In this document: positions 1 to 8,553 of the stretch, piece by piece | How the letters are laid out: each line of letters begins with the position of its first letter | Numbering within the stretch: position 1 is the first letter of the stretch | From: Solirubrobacteraceae bacterium | GTDB lineage: Bacteria; Actinomycetota; Thermoleophilia; Solirubrobacterales; Solirubrobacteraceae | Direction: 5' to 3' | DNA length: 35,907 nt | Assembly: GCA_032119675.1 (NCBI GenBank) | Contig: JAUMBN010000062.1 | Location: 1 to 35,907, forward strand | Position numbers and translations under genes: made by a program | Notes under the pieces: generated by a model | Database searches by the model: none | Seen by the model: the letters and a program-made list of their open reading frames with translations, nothing else | Told to the model about the DNA's origin: nothing

Positions 1-906
1 CGTGCGGCGGAAGTTGAGGAAGGCCGGGTGCATGCGCAGGAACTCCTCAACGGCGCCGGGGATGAGCGACGGGTCGTCGACCAGCTTCTGGCGCTCCTCC
101 GGGTTCTTCAGCAGGGCGACCATCCCGTTGGAGTAGGTGGCCTTGGTGCTGTCCATCCCGGCGGCGACGAGCAGGGCGAAGCCGGCCGCTACCTCGAGGT
201 CGGAGAGCTTCTCGCCGTCGACCTCGGTGTGCACCAGGAGGCTGGTGAGGTCGTCGGTGGGGTTCTCGCGGCGCTCGGCGGCGAGCTCCATCGCCTCCAT
301 CAGCACGCGTTCGACTGTCGCGACGTTCTCCCCGTCCGGCTGGAGCTCCTCGTTCCCCACGGCGAGGCCGCGCAGGGCGAGGTCGGCCCAGTGCTCGTCG
401 TCTTCGGGCGGCGTGCCCAGGAAGCTGCCGATCACGCGCGCCACCACCGGCTGCGCGATGTCGGCGACCAGCTCGGCCTCTTCCTGCCCGTCGATCAGGT
501 CGAACTTCTCGGTGGCGATCGCCCGGATCGCCTCCTCGTGCTCGCCGATCCGCTTCGGCGTGAAGCCGCGCTGGAAGATCGCCTTGATCCTGTCGTGGCG
601 GGGCGGGTCCATCCCGATGAACATCGAGTTCTGCACCTCGAGCGGAACCGAGTGGTCGGCGATCAGCATTCCCCCGCGTTCGGAGGAGAAGGTCTCCCAG
701 TCGCGGCTGATCGCATGGATGTCCTCGGGGCGGGTGATCGACCAGAACCCCGGCTCGTTCTCCCACGTGGCCATCGGGCTCCAGTGGACGGGAGCCTCGG
801 CGCGAAGGCGGTCGAAGATGGCGTGGGGAGGACCCTCCTCCCAGAGGCTCATATCCCCGAGGTCGAGCTCCTCGAGGGGGGTCTCACTTGCGGGGATGGT
901 CGCCAT
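1..906 (-). CDS. cytochrome P450 (N-terminal ~302 codons; the C-terminal part with the heme-Cys loop lies beyond the window start)
   Basis: Absent from the supplied ORF track because it is open at the window edge. My translation of the minus strand from ATG 906-904 gives MATIPASETPLEELDLGDMSLWEEGPPHAIFDRLRAEAPVHWSP...FIGMDPPRHDRIKAIFQRGFTPKRI...VAAGMDSTKATYSNGM...AVEEFLRMHPAFLNFRRT. This shows the P450-typical DPPxH segment, an I-helix-like AGxxST and the K-helix ExxR. A strong SD, GGAGGAGAGA (complement of 909-918), lies 2 nt upstream of the ATG. Confidence 0.85.
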   Translation of the reverse strand, partial: MATIPASETPLEELDLGDMSLWEEGPPHAIFDRLRAEAPVHWSPMATWENEPGFWSITRPEDIHAISRDWETFSSERGGMLIADHSVPLEVQNSMFIGMDPPRHDRIKAIFQRGFTPKRIGEHEEAIRAIATEKFDLIDGQEEAELVADIAQPVVARVIGSFLGTPPEDDEHWADLALRGLAVGNEELQPDGENVATVERVLMEAMELAAERRENPTDDLTSLLVHTEVDGEKLSDLEVAAGFALLVAAGMDSTKATYSNGMVALLKNPEERQKLVDDPSLIPGAVEEFLRMHPAFLNFRRT

Positions 907-929
907 CGTCTCTCCTCCTAGCCGGGCGG

Positions 930-951
930 TGCCGGGCAGCTGCCGGGCAGC
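930..951. repeat. perfect 2 x 11-bp tandem repeat tgccgggcagc, containing the 10-bp palindrome GGCAGCTGCC, between the terC stop and the P450 start
   Basis: Read directly: 930-940 equals 941-951. It sits in the 86-nt intergenic spacer upstream of the P450 SD. Function unknown; it could be an operator or part of a terminator. Confidence 0.5.
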
Positions 952-992
952 GTTACCGCCATTATTGCGCGCGGCCGTCCTCCCGTGAAGGG

Positions 993-1934
993 TCAGCCAG
1001 CCGGCGCTGCGTCGCGCTGCCGGCGGTTGTGCAGCAGGGAGGCGACCACGCCGATGAGCAGGATCGCTGCGATTACCGCCAGGGAGATCGTCGGGCTGAC
1101 CTTGCCGATGAACTCGCTGAGGCCGAGCTTGATGCCCACGAACACGAGCAGCGCGGCCAGCGCAGCCTTGAGGTAGTAGAGCCGGTCGACCAGGTCGGCG
1201 ACCAGGAAGAAGAGCGGTCGCAGCCCGAGCAGGGCGAAGGCGTTGGCCGCCCAGACGATGTAGGTGTCGGTGGTGATCGCCAGGATCGCCGGCACCGAGT
1301 CGACGGCGAAGAGCAGGTCGGTCAGGAAGATCGCCACCAGCGCGGCGCCCGAGGCGGTCAGCATCCGCCGCCCGTTCTCGCGCGTGAGGAGCTTCCTGCC
1401 GGCCGGCTCGTCGGAGACCCGCAGCCGCCTGGAGATCCCCTGGATCATCTTCTCCTCGGCCTCGTGGTCGTGGCGGTGCTGCCAGAGCCGGATTCCGGTC
1501 CAGAGGAGGATCAGGGCGAAGGGGATGCTCAGCCACCCGAAGGCGTTCAGCGCGGCGGCGCCGACCACGATGAAGACCGCCCTCAGGATGAGCGCGACGA
1601 TGATCCCGTAGGTGAGGAGCCGGTGACGGTCGTTGGCTTCGATCGCGAAGGCGTTGAGGATCAGCAGGAAGACGAAGACGTTGTCGAGCGACAGCGACTT
1701 CTCGACCAGGTAGCCGGCGAGGTAGGCCTTCCCCGGGCCGGCACCGAGGGCGAGCGTGACGGCCACGAAGAAGGCCAGCGCGACGCCGACCCAGAAGACG
1801 CTCGCCAGGGCCGCGCCACGGTTGGTCATCACCCCGCCGCGCGAGCGCATCACGACGAGGTCCAGCACGAGCAGGACCGCGATCACGCCGATGAGGACGG
1901 CCCATTCGGCCGCTCCAGCCTGGGTTGCCTCCAC
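993..1934 (-). CDS. terC: TerC family integral membrane protein
   Basis: This is the C-terminal 313 aa of track ORF 993..2774. The multi-TM sequence AEWAVLIGVIAVLLVLDLVV...YLVEKSLSLDNVFVFLLIL...LFAVDSVPAILAITTD is typical of TerC. I chose GTG 1934 (VEATQAGAAEW) because the upstream part of the ORF is Arg/Pro-rich junk and overlaps real genes. The GTG lies 2 nt after the stop of the upstream gene. Confidence 0.85.
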   Translation of the reverse strand: MEATQAGAAEWAVLIGVIAVLLVLDLVVMRSRGGVMTNRGAALASVFWVGVALAFFVAVTLALGAGPGKAYLAGYLVEKSLSLDNVFVFLLILNAFAIEANDRHRLLTYGIIVALILRAVFIVVGAAALNAFGWLSIPFALILLWTGIRLWQHRHDHEAEEKMIQGISRRLRVSDEPAGRKLLTRENGRRMLTASGAALVAIFLTDLLFAVDSVPAILAITTDTYIVWAANAFALLGLRPLFFLVADLVDRLYYLKAALAALLVFVGIKLGLSEFIGKVSPTISLAVIAAILLIGVVASLLHNRRQRDAAPAG

Positions 1935-1936
1935 GG

Positions 1937-2320
1937 TCAGCGTCTCCGGGCCTCGATGACCGCGGGGAGTATCCGGACCGAGTCGGGCTCGGGAGCGACC
2001 GCGGCTTCGAGCCCGGCACCCTGAGCCGCCGCGAGTGCCGTGACGACAACCTCTTCGCCGCTGCAGTGCAGGGTCATGGGCCGGACGAGGCGGCCGCGGC
2101 CATCGAACGCGCCTGCGTCGTCGGCGGTCCAGAACAGGAACGACCCCAGGCCCCCGGGGAAGCGCTTCTCCACATGTCGGCGCACGATCTCCCGCGCCCT
2201 TTCCGGCGGGGCGTCGATCGGCCCGAGCGCGACGATGCTCACCGCCCACAGGCGGTCGATGGCGGCGCCGAGCCGCTCTCCGTCGGTCTGCTGCGGCGTG
2301 GTGGGGGCGGAAAGCCTCAT
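1937..2320 (-). CDS. hypothetical protein (127 aa)
   Basis: This is the tail of track ORF 1937..2677, starting at [27 protein letters not shown]. Its ATG overlaps the fabI TGA as ATGA at 2317-2320. Composition is protein-like. I recognise no family. Confidence 0.6.
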   Translation of the reverse strand: MRLSAPTTPQQTDGERLGAAIDRLWAVSIVALGPIDAPPERAREIVRRHVEKRFPGGLGSFLFWTADDAGAFDGRGRLVRPMTLHCSGEEVVVTALAAAQGAGLEAAVAPEPDSVRILPAVIEARRR

Positions 2321-3126
2321 GCGGCCTCCCCTGCGGCAGTCGGCTGGGCCGAGCGCAGGGCGGTGGCCATGGCGTGGTAGCCGCCGTCGACGTGGAGGAT
2401 CTCGCCGGTGATCGCCCGCGAGAGGTCGGAGAAGAGGAAGCAGGCGGCGTCGGCAACCGGGCCGCTGTCGTTCGGGTCCCACGGCAGGGGCGAGCGGCCC
2501 TCCCACGCATCGAGAAGCACGTCGAAGTCGGGAATGCCGCCGGCCGCGCGCGTGTGGATCGGCCCGGCGGCGATGAGGTTTGCCCGGATTCCGCTCTTGC
2601 CCAGGTCGCGCGCGAGGTAGCGGTTGGCCGACTCCAGGGCGGCCTTGCAGACCCCCATCCAGTTGTAGACCGGCCATGCGCCCCCGGCGTCGAAGTCGAG
2701 CCCGGCCAGGGAAGAGCCGGAGCCGGGCGAGAGGTCGCGGAGGACCCGTCCCAGGGCCGCGTACGAAACGGCACTGGTCTGGAATGCGATGTTCAGGTCG
2801 CCCGCGGGGGCCTCCATGAACTCGCCGGCGAGCGCGGCCCGCGGAGCGAAGGCGATCGCGTGGAGGGCTCCGTCCAGGCGGCCCCAGAGCTCGTCGATGG
2901 AGGAGCGCAGGGCGGCGGTGTCGTCTTCGCTGGTCAGGTCGGCGGCGACGATCGGCGGCTCTGACGGGAGAGTCCTGGCAGCTTCCAGGGTCTTGGCGAG
3001 GTCGCGGGGAAACGCGCTGAGCACGATCTCCGCGCCCAGCTCCTGCGCGCGCGCCGCAGAGGCGAAGGCGATGCTGTCGTCGTTTACGACCCCGGTGATG
3101 AGCAGCCGCTTGCCCTCGAGGATCAT
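2317..3126 (-). CDS. fabI: enoyl-[acyl-carrier-protein] reductase (NADH), FabI/InhA type
   Basis: 269 aa. [24 protein letters not shown] is the Rossmann N-terminus of Fab[14 protein letters not shown] carries the Tyr-x6-Lys catalytic pair. The C-terminal [13 protein letters not shown] is also typical. Confidence 0.9.
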   Translation of the reverse strand: MILEGKRLLITGVVNDDSIAFASAARAQELGAEIVLSAFPRDLAKTLEAARTLPSEPPIVAADLTSEDDTAALRSSIDELWGRLDGALHAIAFAPRAALAGEFMEAPAGDLNIAFQTSAVSYAALGRVLRDLSPGSGSSLAGLDFDAGGAWPVYNWMGVCKAALESANRYLARDLGKSGIRANLIAAGPIHTRAAGGIPDFDVLLDAWEGRSPLPWDPNDSGPVADAACFLFSDLSRAITGEILHVDGGYHAMATALRSAQPTAAGEAA

Positions 3127-3632
3127 CGCTTCGACCCGCTCATCTCGGCCTGTACCCGCGCGTCGCCTTCATGGGCGCGGTCGGCCAGGGCGCCCTGGGC
3201 ATCTGCGACCCGAGACCGGACGTCGGGGTCGCCGGCGCCGATTATCCGGGCGGCGAGCAGGCCGGCGTTGCGCCCACCCCCGATCGCAACGGTGGCCACC
3301 GGCACCCCGGAGGGCATCTGGACGATCGACAGGAGCGAGTCGAGCCCGTCTAGGTTCTTCAGGGGCACCGGCACGCCGATTACCGGGAGCGGCGTACATG
3401 CGGCGAGCATCCCGGGAAGGTGGGCTGCCCCGCCGGCGCCGGCGATCAGCACCTGCAGCCCGCGGCGGGCGGCGGTGCTGCCGTAATCGATCATCTCGTG
3501 CGGGGTCCGGTGAGCGGAGACGACCCTCACCTCGCTGGAGATGCCGAGTTCGTCGAGCGCCTCCGCGGCCGGCTGCATCACCTGCAGGTCCGAGTCGCTT
3601 CCCATCACTATTCCCACTGCCGGTTCGCCCAT
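3123..3632 (-). CDS. purE: N5-carboxyaminoimidazole ribonucleotide mutase
   Basis: 169 aa. [17 protein letters not shown]...[11 protein letters not shown]...[12 protein letters not shown]...PVIGVPV are classic PurE motifs. ATGA overlaps occur with both neighbours (3632 and 3123-3126). Confidence 0.95.
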   Translation of the reverse strand: MGEPAVGIVMGSDSDLQVMQPAAEALDELGISSEVRVVSAHRTPHEMIDYGSTAARRGLQVLIAGAGGAAHLPGMLAACTPLPVIGVPVPLKNLDGLDSLLSIVQMPSGVPVATVAIGGGRNAGLLAARIIGAGDPDVRSRVADAQGALADRAHEGDARVQAEMSGSKR

Positions 3633-4813
3633 CAGACTTCTCCTTCCAGGATTGATGCCGCTCTCTGCGCCGCCTCGCGGGCGCTGCCCAGGTCGGCAGA
3701 GCGGACGGTTACGTGCCCGAGCTTGCGCCCGGGCGCTGGGCTCTTGTCGTAGAGGTGCACATGAACTCCGGGCTCGGCAAGGGCACGGGGGAGTCGTTCC
3801 CGGGGGTCGGAGCCGTCAGCCGGCCCGACGACGTTGACCATCGCCACCGCCGGGGCGGTCAGGCCCGTCTCCCCGAGCGGCCATCCGAGCACCCCGCGCA
3901 GGTGCTGCTCGAACTGCGAGGTCTCCGCCCCCTCGATCGTGAAGTGGCCCGAGTTGTGGGGCCGCAGTGCCAGTTCGTTGACGGTCAGGCCTCCTTCCAC
4001 GACGAAGAGCTCGAGGGCGATGACGCCGCTGGCCCCCGGGGTGTCGGTGATGGCCAGGGCCAGCTCGCGGGCCTCGCGGGCGAGGTTGTCGTCGATCGGC
4101 GCGGGCACGAGGATCTCGCGGCACATGGCGTCGCGCTGGACGGTCTCGGCGACCGGGTAGGCGCGAGCCTCGCCGGAAGCCGAGCGGGCCACGAGGACGG
4201 CGAGTTCGCGTTCGATCGGCAGCAGCGGCTCAAGGAGCAGGCCGTCCGGGCTCGCGGCGAGAAGCTCCACGGCTTCAGCCTGCGAGCCGACGATGTTCAC
4301 CCCCCGGCCGTCGTAGCCGCCGCGCGGCGCCTTGGCCACCAGCGGCCATCCGTGCTCATCGGCGAACGTCGCGACCTCGTCGGGGGCCGTTGCCAGGGTG
4401 AAAGGGGGAACGGGAAATCCGCGGGCCTGGAGCTCGCGGCGGGCGTGCAGCTTGTCCTGGGCCAACAGCTTGGCCGCAGCCGCCGGCTGGAGAGGCAGCC
4501 CCTCGGCCTCCAGCTCGTTGAGAAGCTCGGGCGGTACCTGCTCGTGGTCGAAGGTCAGCACGTCGGCTCTCGCGGCCAGCTCGCGCAGGACGGCCAGGTC
4601 GTCGCACTCGCCCAGGACGGCGCGGGCGCCCGCGCGTACCGCCGCGTCCTCGGGCGACGAGGCCAGGACGGTCAGCTCGATGCCGAGGTCGATCGCGGCG
4701 CGGTGGGTCATCCGCGCCAGCTGGCCGGCCCCGACCATCGCTACGCGGGGCCTAGCCGATGCCTGCGCCCGGGTGCCGTCAGTGGGAGTTTCGAGGACGG
4801 CCACGTCAGCCAC
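3632..4813 (-). CDS. purK: N5-carboxyaminoimidazole ribonucleotide synthase (ATP-grasp, bicarbonate-dependent)
   Basis: 393 aa. [12 protein letters not shown]...[18 protein letters not shown]...[11 protein letters not shown]...GRKLGHVTV are PurK hallmarks. The GTG start at 4813 overlaps the upstream gene by 8 nt. An alternative GTG lies at 4804. Confidence 0.92.
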   Translation of the reverse strand: MADVAVLETPTDGTRAQASARPRVAMVGAGQLARMTHRAAIDLGIELTVLASSPEDAAVRAGARAVLGECDDLAVLRELAARADVLTFDHEQVPPELLNELEAEGLPLQPAAAAKLLAQDKLHARRELQARGFPVPPFTLATAPDEVATFADEHGWPLVAKAPRGGYDGRGVNIVGSQAEAVELLAASPDGLLLEPLLPIERELAVLVARSASGEARAYPVAETVQRDAMCREILVPAPIDDNLAREARELALAITDTPGASGVIALELFVVEGGLTVNELALRPHNSGHFTIEGAETSQFEQHLRGVLGWPLGETGLTAPAVAMVNVVGPADGSDPRERLPRALAEPGVHVHLYDKSPAPGRKLGHVTVRSADLGSAREAAQRAASILEGEV

Positions 4814-5771
4814 CCGCCACGAGCTTGGCGGCCTCCAGGTAGAGCGGTATCCCGATGATCAGGTTGAACGGGAAGGTCACGCCGATCGCCAGCGGGAGCG
4901 AGAGCCCGGGGTTGGCCTCGGGGAGAGCGAGCCTCATCGCCGCCGGCGCCGCGATGTAGGAGGCGCTGGCGGCGAGGGTGGCCAGGAGGGCAATGTCGGT
5001 GGCGCCCATGCCGATCGACCAGCCGAGCAGGATGCCCATCGCGGCCCCGATGAGCGGCATGTAGATGGCGAAGGCAATGAGCCTCCAGCCGGCCTCGCGC
5101 AGCGCGCCGATGCGGCTGAAGGCCAGCAGGCCCATGTCGAGCAGGAAGAGGGCGAGTACTCCGGTGAAGGGTGCGACGAAGAAGCCGTCCATGCTTTCCA
5201 TACCCCTGGCGCCGAGCAGCATCCCGATCACCGTTGCCCCGAGCAGGACGACGACGCTGCCGGTGGTCAGGGCCTCGCGCAGGACCTGGCCGGTGCTCTG
5301 TCCGGTCTTCTCGCCGGACTGGCGGGCGAGCATGACGCCGACGGCGATCGCGGGCGCCTCCATCAGGGCCAGGACGGCGGGCATGTAGCCCGAGACCGGC
5401 TGGCCGAGCCCTTCGTAGAGGGCGACGGCGGCGCCGAAGGTAACGAGGCTCACCGAGCCGTAGTGGGCAGCGATCGAAGCGGCGTCGACCTGCTTGACCG
5501 GGGCGAATCGGCGCAGCAGGGCGAAGGCGATGAGAGGGATCGTGAGCCCCAGGACGGTTCCGGCGCCCAGGGCAAGGAACGCGTCGGAGCCGAAGCCGGA
5601 CTCGCGCAGCTGCGCCCCGCCCTTGAAGCCGATAGCGGCCATCAGGTAGATCGCCAGCGCCTGGGCTACCTGCTGGGGGAGCCCGACGTTCGACCGGATC
5701 GTGGCTGCGAATGCGCCCAGGGCGAAGAAGAGAACCCCCGGCGAGGCGAGGTTGCCCAGCGCCGCGCTCAC
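4806..5771 (-). CDS. sodium-dependent bicarbonate transport family permease (SbtA-like, DUF897-type)
   Basis: Track ORF 4806..5813. The protein is polytopic: LGNLASPGVLFFALGAFAATIRSNVGLPQQVAQALAIYLMAAIGFKGGAQL. Both 5813 and 5771 are GTG. I prefer 5771 (VSAALGNLASPG...) because family members start just before this segment, GGAAG lies 8 nt upstream, and 5813 would sit inside the AT-rich promoter/inverted repeat. Confidence 0.8.
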   Translation of the reverse strand: MSAALGNLASPGVLFFALGAFAATIRSNVGLPQQVAQALAIYLMAAIGFKGGAQLRESGFGSDAFLALGAGTVLGLTIPLIAFALLRRFAPVKQVDAASIAAHYGSVSLVTFGAAVALYEGLGQPVSGYMPAVLALMEAPAIAVGVMLARQSGEKTGQSTGQVLREALTTGSVVVLLGATVIGMLLGARGMESMDGFFVAPFTGVLALFLLDMGLLAFSRIGALREAGWRLIAFAIYMPLIGAAMGILLGWSIGMGATDIALLATLAASASYIAAPAAMRLALPEANPGLSLPLAIGVTFPFNLIIGIPLYLEAAKLVAGG

Positions 5772-5806
5772 TCGGCAGGCTTCCGTCCGCAACTCATACG
5801 GCGCAG

Positions 5807-5832
5807 AATACACGATTATTAAGACGTGTATT
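5807..5832. promoter_or_regulatory. perfect 8-bp inverted repeat AATACACG-N10-CGTGTATT in an AT-rich divergent promoter region; candidate operator
   Basis: Read directly: 5807-5814 aatacacg, spacer attattaaga, 5825-5832 cgtgtatt. Two further GTATT copies lie at 5842-5846 and 5854-5858. The site sits between the sbtA-like operon and the divergent wHTH regulator gene. Confidence 0.45.
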
Positions 5833-5835
5833 GTA
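5830..5835 (-). promoter_or_regulatory. candidate -10 hexamer TACAAT for the sbtA-purK-purE-fabI-terC operon
   Basis: The complement of attgta at 5830-5835 reads TACAAT on the minus strand. This is a near-consensus -10 inside the only AT-rich stretch of the region, and it overlaps the right arm of the inverted repeat. Confidence 0.35.
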
Positions 5836-5863
5836 AAGCCTGTATTTCCGGCCGTATTTAGCC

Positions 5864-5869
5864 TATCCT
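5864..5869 (+). promoter_or_regulatory. candidate -10 hexamer TATCCT, 6 nt before GTG 5876 (leaderless arrangement)
   Basis: TANNNT followed by a 6-nt spacer and then the start codon. The same geometry recurs at seven other unit heads in this window. Confidence 0.4.
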
Positions 5870-5875
5870 TGCTTC

Positions 5876-6157
5876 GTGGCGGACTGGACCTTCCTGACCA
5901 ACCACGCCCACGTGATGATCTGCGTGGCCCAGGACCCGAACATACGGCTCCGGGATGTAGCCGAGCGCGTCGGTATCACCGAGCGCGCGGCGCAGCGGAT
6001 CGTCGCTGATCTCGTCGAGGCCGGCTACCTCGAGCGAAGCCGCGAGGGACGGCGCAACAGCTACCGGCTTAACCCCGACCTTCCGCTGCGCCACCCGCTG
6101 GAGCGCCAGCACTCGATCGGCGAGATCATCGAGGTCCTCGCCGGCGCACCCGCCTGA
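5876..6157 (+). CDS. winged helix-turn-helix transcriptional regulator (ArsR/MarR-like, 93 aa)
   Basis: IRLRDVAERVGITERAAQRIVADLVEAGYLERSREGRRNSYRLN is an HTH plus wing. The gene is divergent from the permease operon. Confidence 0.8.
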   Translation: MADWTFLTNHAHVMICVAQDPNIRLRDVAERVGITERAAQRIVADLVEAGYLERSREGRRNSYRLNPDLPLRHPLERQHSIGEIIEVLAGAPA

Positions 6158-6619
6158 TCAGCCCCGGCGCTCGGCGAAGAAATCGGTGAGAAGCCCGGAG
6201 CACTCCGGGCCGCATACCCCCGATGTCGTGGAAGGGCGATGGTTGAGCCGTTCGTCGGCAAGGACGTCGAGGACACTCCCGCAGGCTCCGGCCTTCGGGT
6301 CGTCGGTTCCCCAGACCACCCGTGGGACCCGCGCCAGCACGATCGCGCCGGCGCACATCGCACACGGCTCGAGCGTCACGTAGAGGGTGCTGTCCAGCAC
6401 CCGCCAGGAGCCCAGCTCGTCCGCGGCCTGGCGCAGCGCGATTATCTCCGCGTGGGCGGTGGGGTCGCCGGCGGCCTCCCGCTCATTGTGGCCCCGGCCG
6501 ATTATTCGGCCCTCGTGGACGACCACGGCGCCGACAGGCACGTCGTTGTGGCCGGCCGCGAGCCTCGCCTCCGCGATCGCCTCGGCCATCCAGCGCTCGT
6601 CGTCTTCGGATCCGTCCAT
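6158..6619 (-). CDS. tadA: tRNA adenosine(34) deaminase
   Basis: Track ORF 6158..6739 trimmed to ATG 6619 (MDGSEDDERWMAEAIAEARLA...). The CDA zinc motifs HAEIIAL and TLEPCAMCAGA are present. The region upstream of 6619 is non-protein-like and would overlap the divergent S8 gene start. Confidence 0.9.
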   Translation of the reverse strand: MDGSEDDERWMAEAIAEARLAAGHNDVPVGAVVVHEGRIIGRGHNEREAAGDPTAHAEIIALRQAADELGSWRVLDSTLYVTLEPCAMCAGAIVLARVPRVVWGTDDPKAGACGSVLDVLADERLNHRPSTTSGVCGPECSGLLTDFFAERRG

Positions 6620-6713
6620 CGCGCCAATCTTCGCGCATCTGCGGGAAAGCCCGTAACTTTCGGGGTCTGAGCGTGTCTCTAATGGTGGCGGGCGCCGTTG
6701 CCCGCGACGCCCA

Positions 6714-8003
6714 ATGACCCTGATTTCGCCCAACACCATCAGACTCGTGACCGCCGCTGCGGCGGCCGTTGGCGTCCTCGCCCTCCCGGCCGCCGCTTCG
6801 GCGCTTGAGTACGTGCCCGGCGAGGTCGTCGTCAGCTACGAGCCCGGCCAGGCGCCGGCCGGCGTTGTGCCGGGCCAGCCCGTGGTCGTGCCGGTGGAGA
6901 ACGTCCGCGAGGCGGTCGCCGACCTCAAGGGCCAGCCCGGGATCGAGTACGCCGTTCCGAACGTGATCGCCCGTGCCGCCCGGGCGCGGTCGGCCCAGTT
7001 CCTGCCCAACGACCCGGAGATGAAGAGCCTGCAGTGGAACTTCCTCGGCCCCTACGGCGTGAGGGCGCCGGAGGCCTGGGCCAACGCGATCGCCGCCGGC
7101 CGCCCCGGGGGGAAGGGCGTCGTGATTGCCGTGCTGGACACCGGGGTGGCCTACTCCAACCGCACCCCCTTCAAGCGCTCCCCCGACTTCACTTCAGGGC
7201 AGTTCACCAAGGGCTATGACTACGTCGACCGGGACCGTTATCCCAGCGACGACAACGGCCACGGGACCCACGTCGCCGGGACGATCGCCGAGGCGACCAA
7301 CAACGGCATCGCCGTGGCCGGGCTGGCCTACGGGGCGAAGGTCATGCCGGTGCGCGTGCTCGACGCCAACGGCGAGGGCAACGCCAACGACATCGCGCGC
7401 GGCGTGCGCTTCGCCGTCAGGAACAGGGCCAAGCTGATCAACCTCAGCCTCGAGTTCGACTCCCGCGTGCGCGCCGACGACATCCCCCAGATCCTCGACG
7501 CCCTCGACTACGCGCGCAGCCGGGGCGTGCTGGTGGTTGGCGCCACCGGCAACGAGGGCGCCAACAGCGTCTCCTACCCGGCCCGCTCTTCGGCCGTGAT
7601 GGCCGTCGGTTCCACCACCGAGGACGGCTGCATATCCGAGTTCTCCAACGGCGGCTCCGGCATCGACATCGTCGCGCCCGGCGGCGGACTCGACGCCCGG
7701 GTTCCCGGCGACCCGCGCTGCCGCCAGAGCTTCAACGGCCGCGGCATCTACCAGGTGACCCTCCTGGGCAAGTCGCTCTCGCGCTTCGGCCTGCCCGGCA
7801 CCTACGAGGGAACCTCGATGGCTGCGCCCCACGTAACCGGCGCCGCCGCGCTGGTGATCGCCACCGGGGTCCTGGGCGAGAACCCGTCTCCGGCGACCCT
7901 CCAGAGGCACCTGCAGCGCACCGCCCGCGACTTCGGTCCCTCGGGCGCCGACAGCCTCTACGGCTGGGGGCTGCTCGACGCCGCCCAGGCCACGGCGAAG
8001 TAG
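6714..8003 (+). CDS. secreted S8 family (subtilisin-like) serine peptidase
   Basis: 429 aa. Signal peptide LVTAAAAAVGVLALPAAASA. Catalytic triad motifs are VIAVLDTGV (Asp), HGTHVAGTI (His) and GTSMAAPHVTGAAAL (Ser). Confidence 0.92.
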   Translation: MTLISPNTIRLVTAAAAAVGVLALPAAASALEYVPGEVVVSYEPGQAPAGVVPGQPVVVPVENVREAVADLKGQPGIEYAVPNVIARAARARSAQFLPNDPEMKSLQWNFLGPYGVRAPEAWANAIAAGRPGGKGVVIAVLDTGVAYSNRTPFKRSPDFTSGQFTKGYDYVDRDRYPSDDNGHGTHVAGTIAEATNNGIAVAGLAYGAKVMPVRVLDANGEGNANDIARGVRFAVRNRAKLINLSLEFDSRVRADDIPQILDALDYARSRGVLVVGATGNEGANSVSYPARSSAVMAVGSTTEDGCISEFSNGGSGIDIVAPGGGLDARVPGDPRCRQSFNGRGIYQVTLLGKSLSRFGLPGTYEGTSMAAPHVTGAAALVIATGVLGENPSPATLQRHLQRTARDFGPSGADSLYGWGLLDAAQATAK

Positions 8004-8054
8004 CGGCGCGCGTCCGCAGGGTCCCGCCCGCGCCCGGGTACGCTGCGTCCGCGC

Positions 8055-8498
8055 CTAGGTCGTGCGGATGATCAGCACCGAGCAGGGGGCGTGGTGGCTG
8101 ACCTTGTTGGGAACCGAGCCGAGCAGGAACCGCTTGGCCCCGGTCATCCCCTTGTTGCCGACCACGATCAGGTCGGCTGAGGTCTCCTCGGCGACGTCGA
8201 GGATCGCGTCGGCCGGGTCGCCCTGGCGGGCGTGGGTCGAGCACTCAAGGCCCTTGGCCTTCGCGCTCTCCACCACGTCCTCGAGGGTGGCCTCGACGTC
8301 CTCGCGGGCGTGGATCGTCCACTGGACGTCCTCCGGTGCCTGCTGGGCCTCCTTGCGAAGCCTCGACTGGGGTACCGGCTCGTAGGCGCTGACGACCTCG
8401 AGCTTCGCCCCGGTCTCCTCGGCCAGGTCAAGGGCCTGGCGTACCGCCTCGCTGGCGGTCTCGGATCCGTCGGTTCCTACGACGATCGACTTGAACAA
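8055..8498 (-). CDS. universal stress protein (UspA family)
   Basis: 147 aa. FKSIVVGTDGSETASEAV...ADLIVVGNKGMTGAKRFLLGSVPNKVSHHAPCSVLIIR. The start is TTG, with SD GAGGGAG 4 nt upstream. Confidence 0.9.
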   Translation of the reverse strand: MFKSIVVGTDGSETASEAVRQALDLAEETGAKLEVVSAYEPVPQSRLRKEAQQAPEDVQWTIHAREDVEATLEDVVESAKAKGLECSTHARQGDPADAILDVAEETSADLIVVGNKGMTGAKRFLLGSVPNKVSHHAPCSVLIIRTT

Positions 8499-8553
8499 AA
8501 CGCTCCCTCGGTCGGCAACGCTTCCGATGCTAACGGTCGGGGTGGAGGGCCGG

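Noticed and set aside
28-988. Track ORFs 28..921 (+), 47..766 (-) and 137..988 (+) as candidates for the first gene
   Set aside because: All three are alternative frames of the region. The minus-strand frame starting at ATG 906, absent from the track because it has no in-window stop, gives a clean cytochrome P450 N-terminal sequence with a strong SD.
1935-2774. N-terminal 280 codons of track ORF 993..2774, which would make a 593-aa TerC fusion
   Set aside because: This part is Arg/Pro/Ser-rich and overlaps fabI and the 127-aa gene in other frames. TerC homology begins at about 1934.
6155-6160. TGATCA at two convergent gene junctions (6155-6160 and 32059-32064), where the stop codons of opposite-strand genes abut with zero spacer
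   Set aside because: This is simply TGA followed by the complement of TGA. It is a striking sign of compaction but is most parsimoniously coincidence. I found no flanking hairpin or further shared sequence to suggest a dedicated element.
8004-8054. Possible bidirectional rho-independent terminator between the S8 protease and usp, and similar GC-rich spacers at 17843-17850 and 10857-10911
   Set aside because: I could find only short (5-6 bp) imperfect stems by eye and no U-tracts. This is not enough to call terminators without a folding computation.
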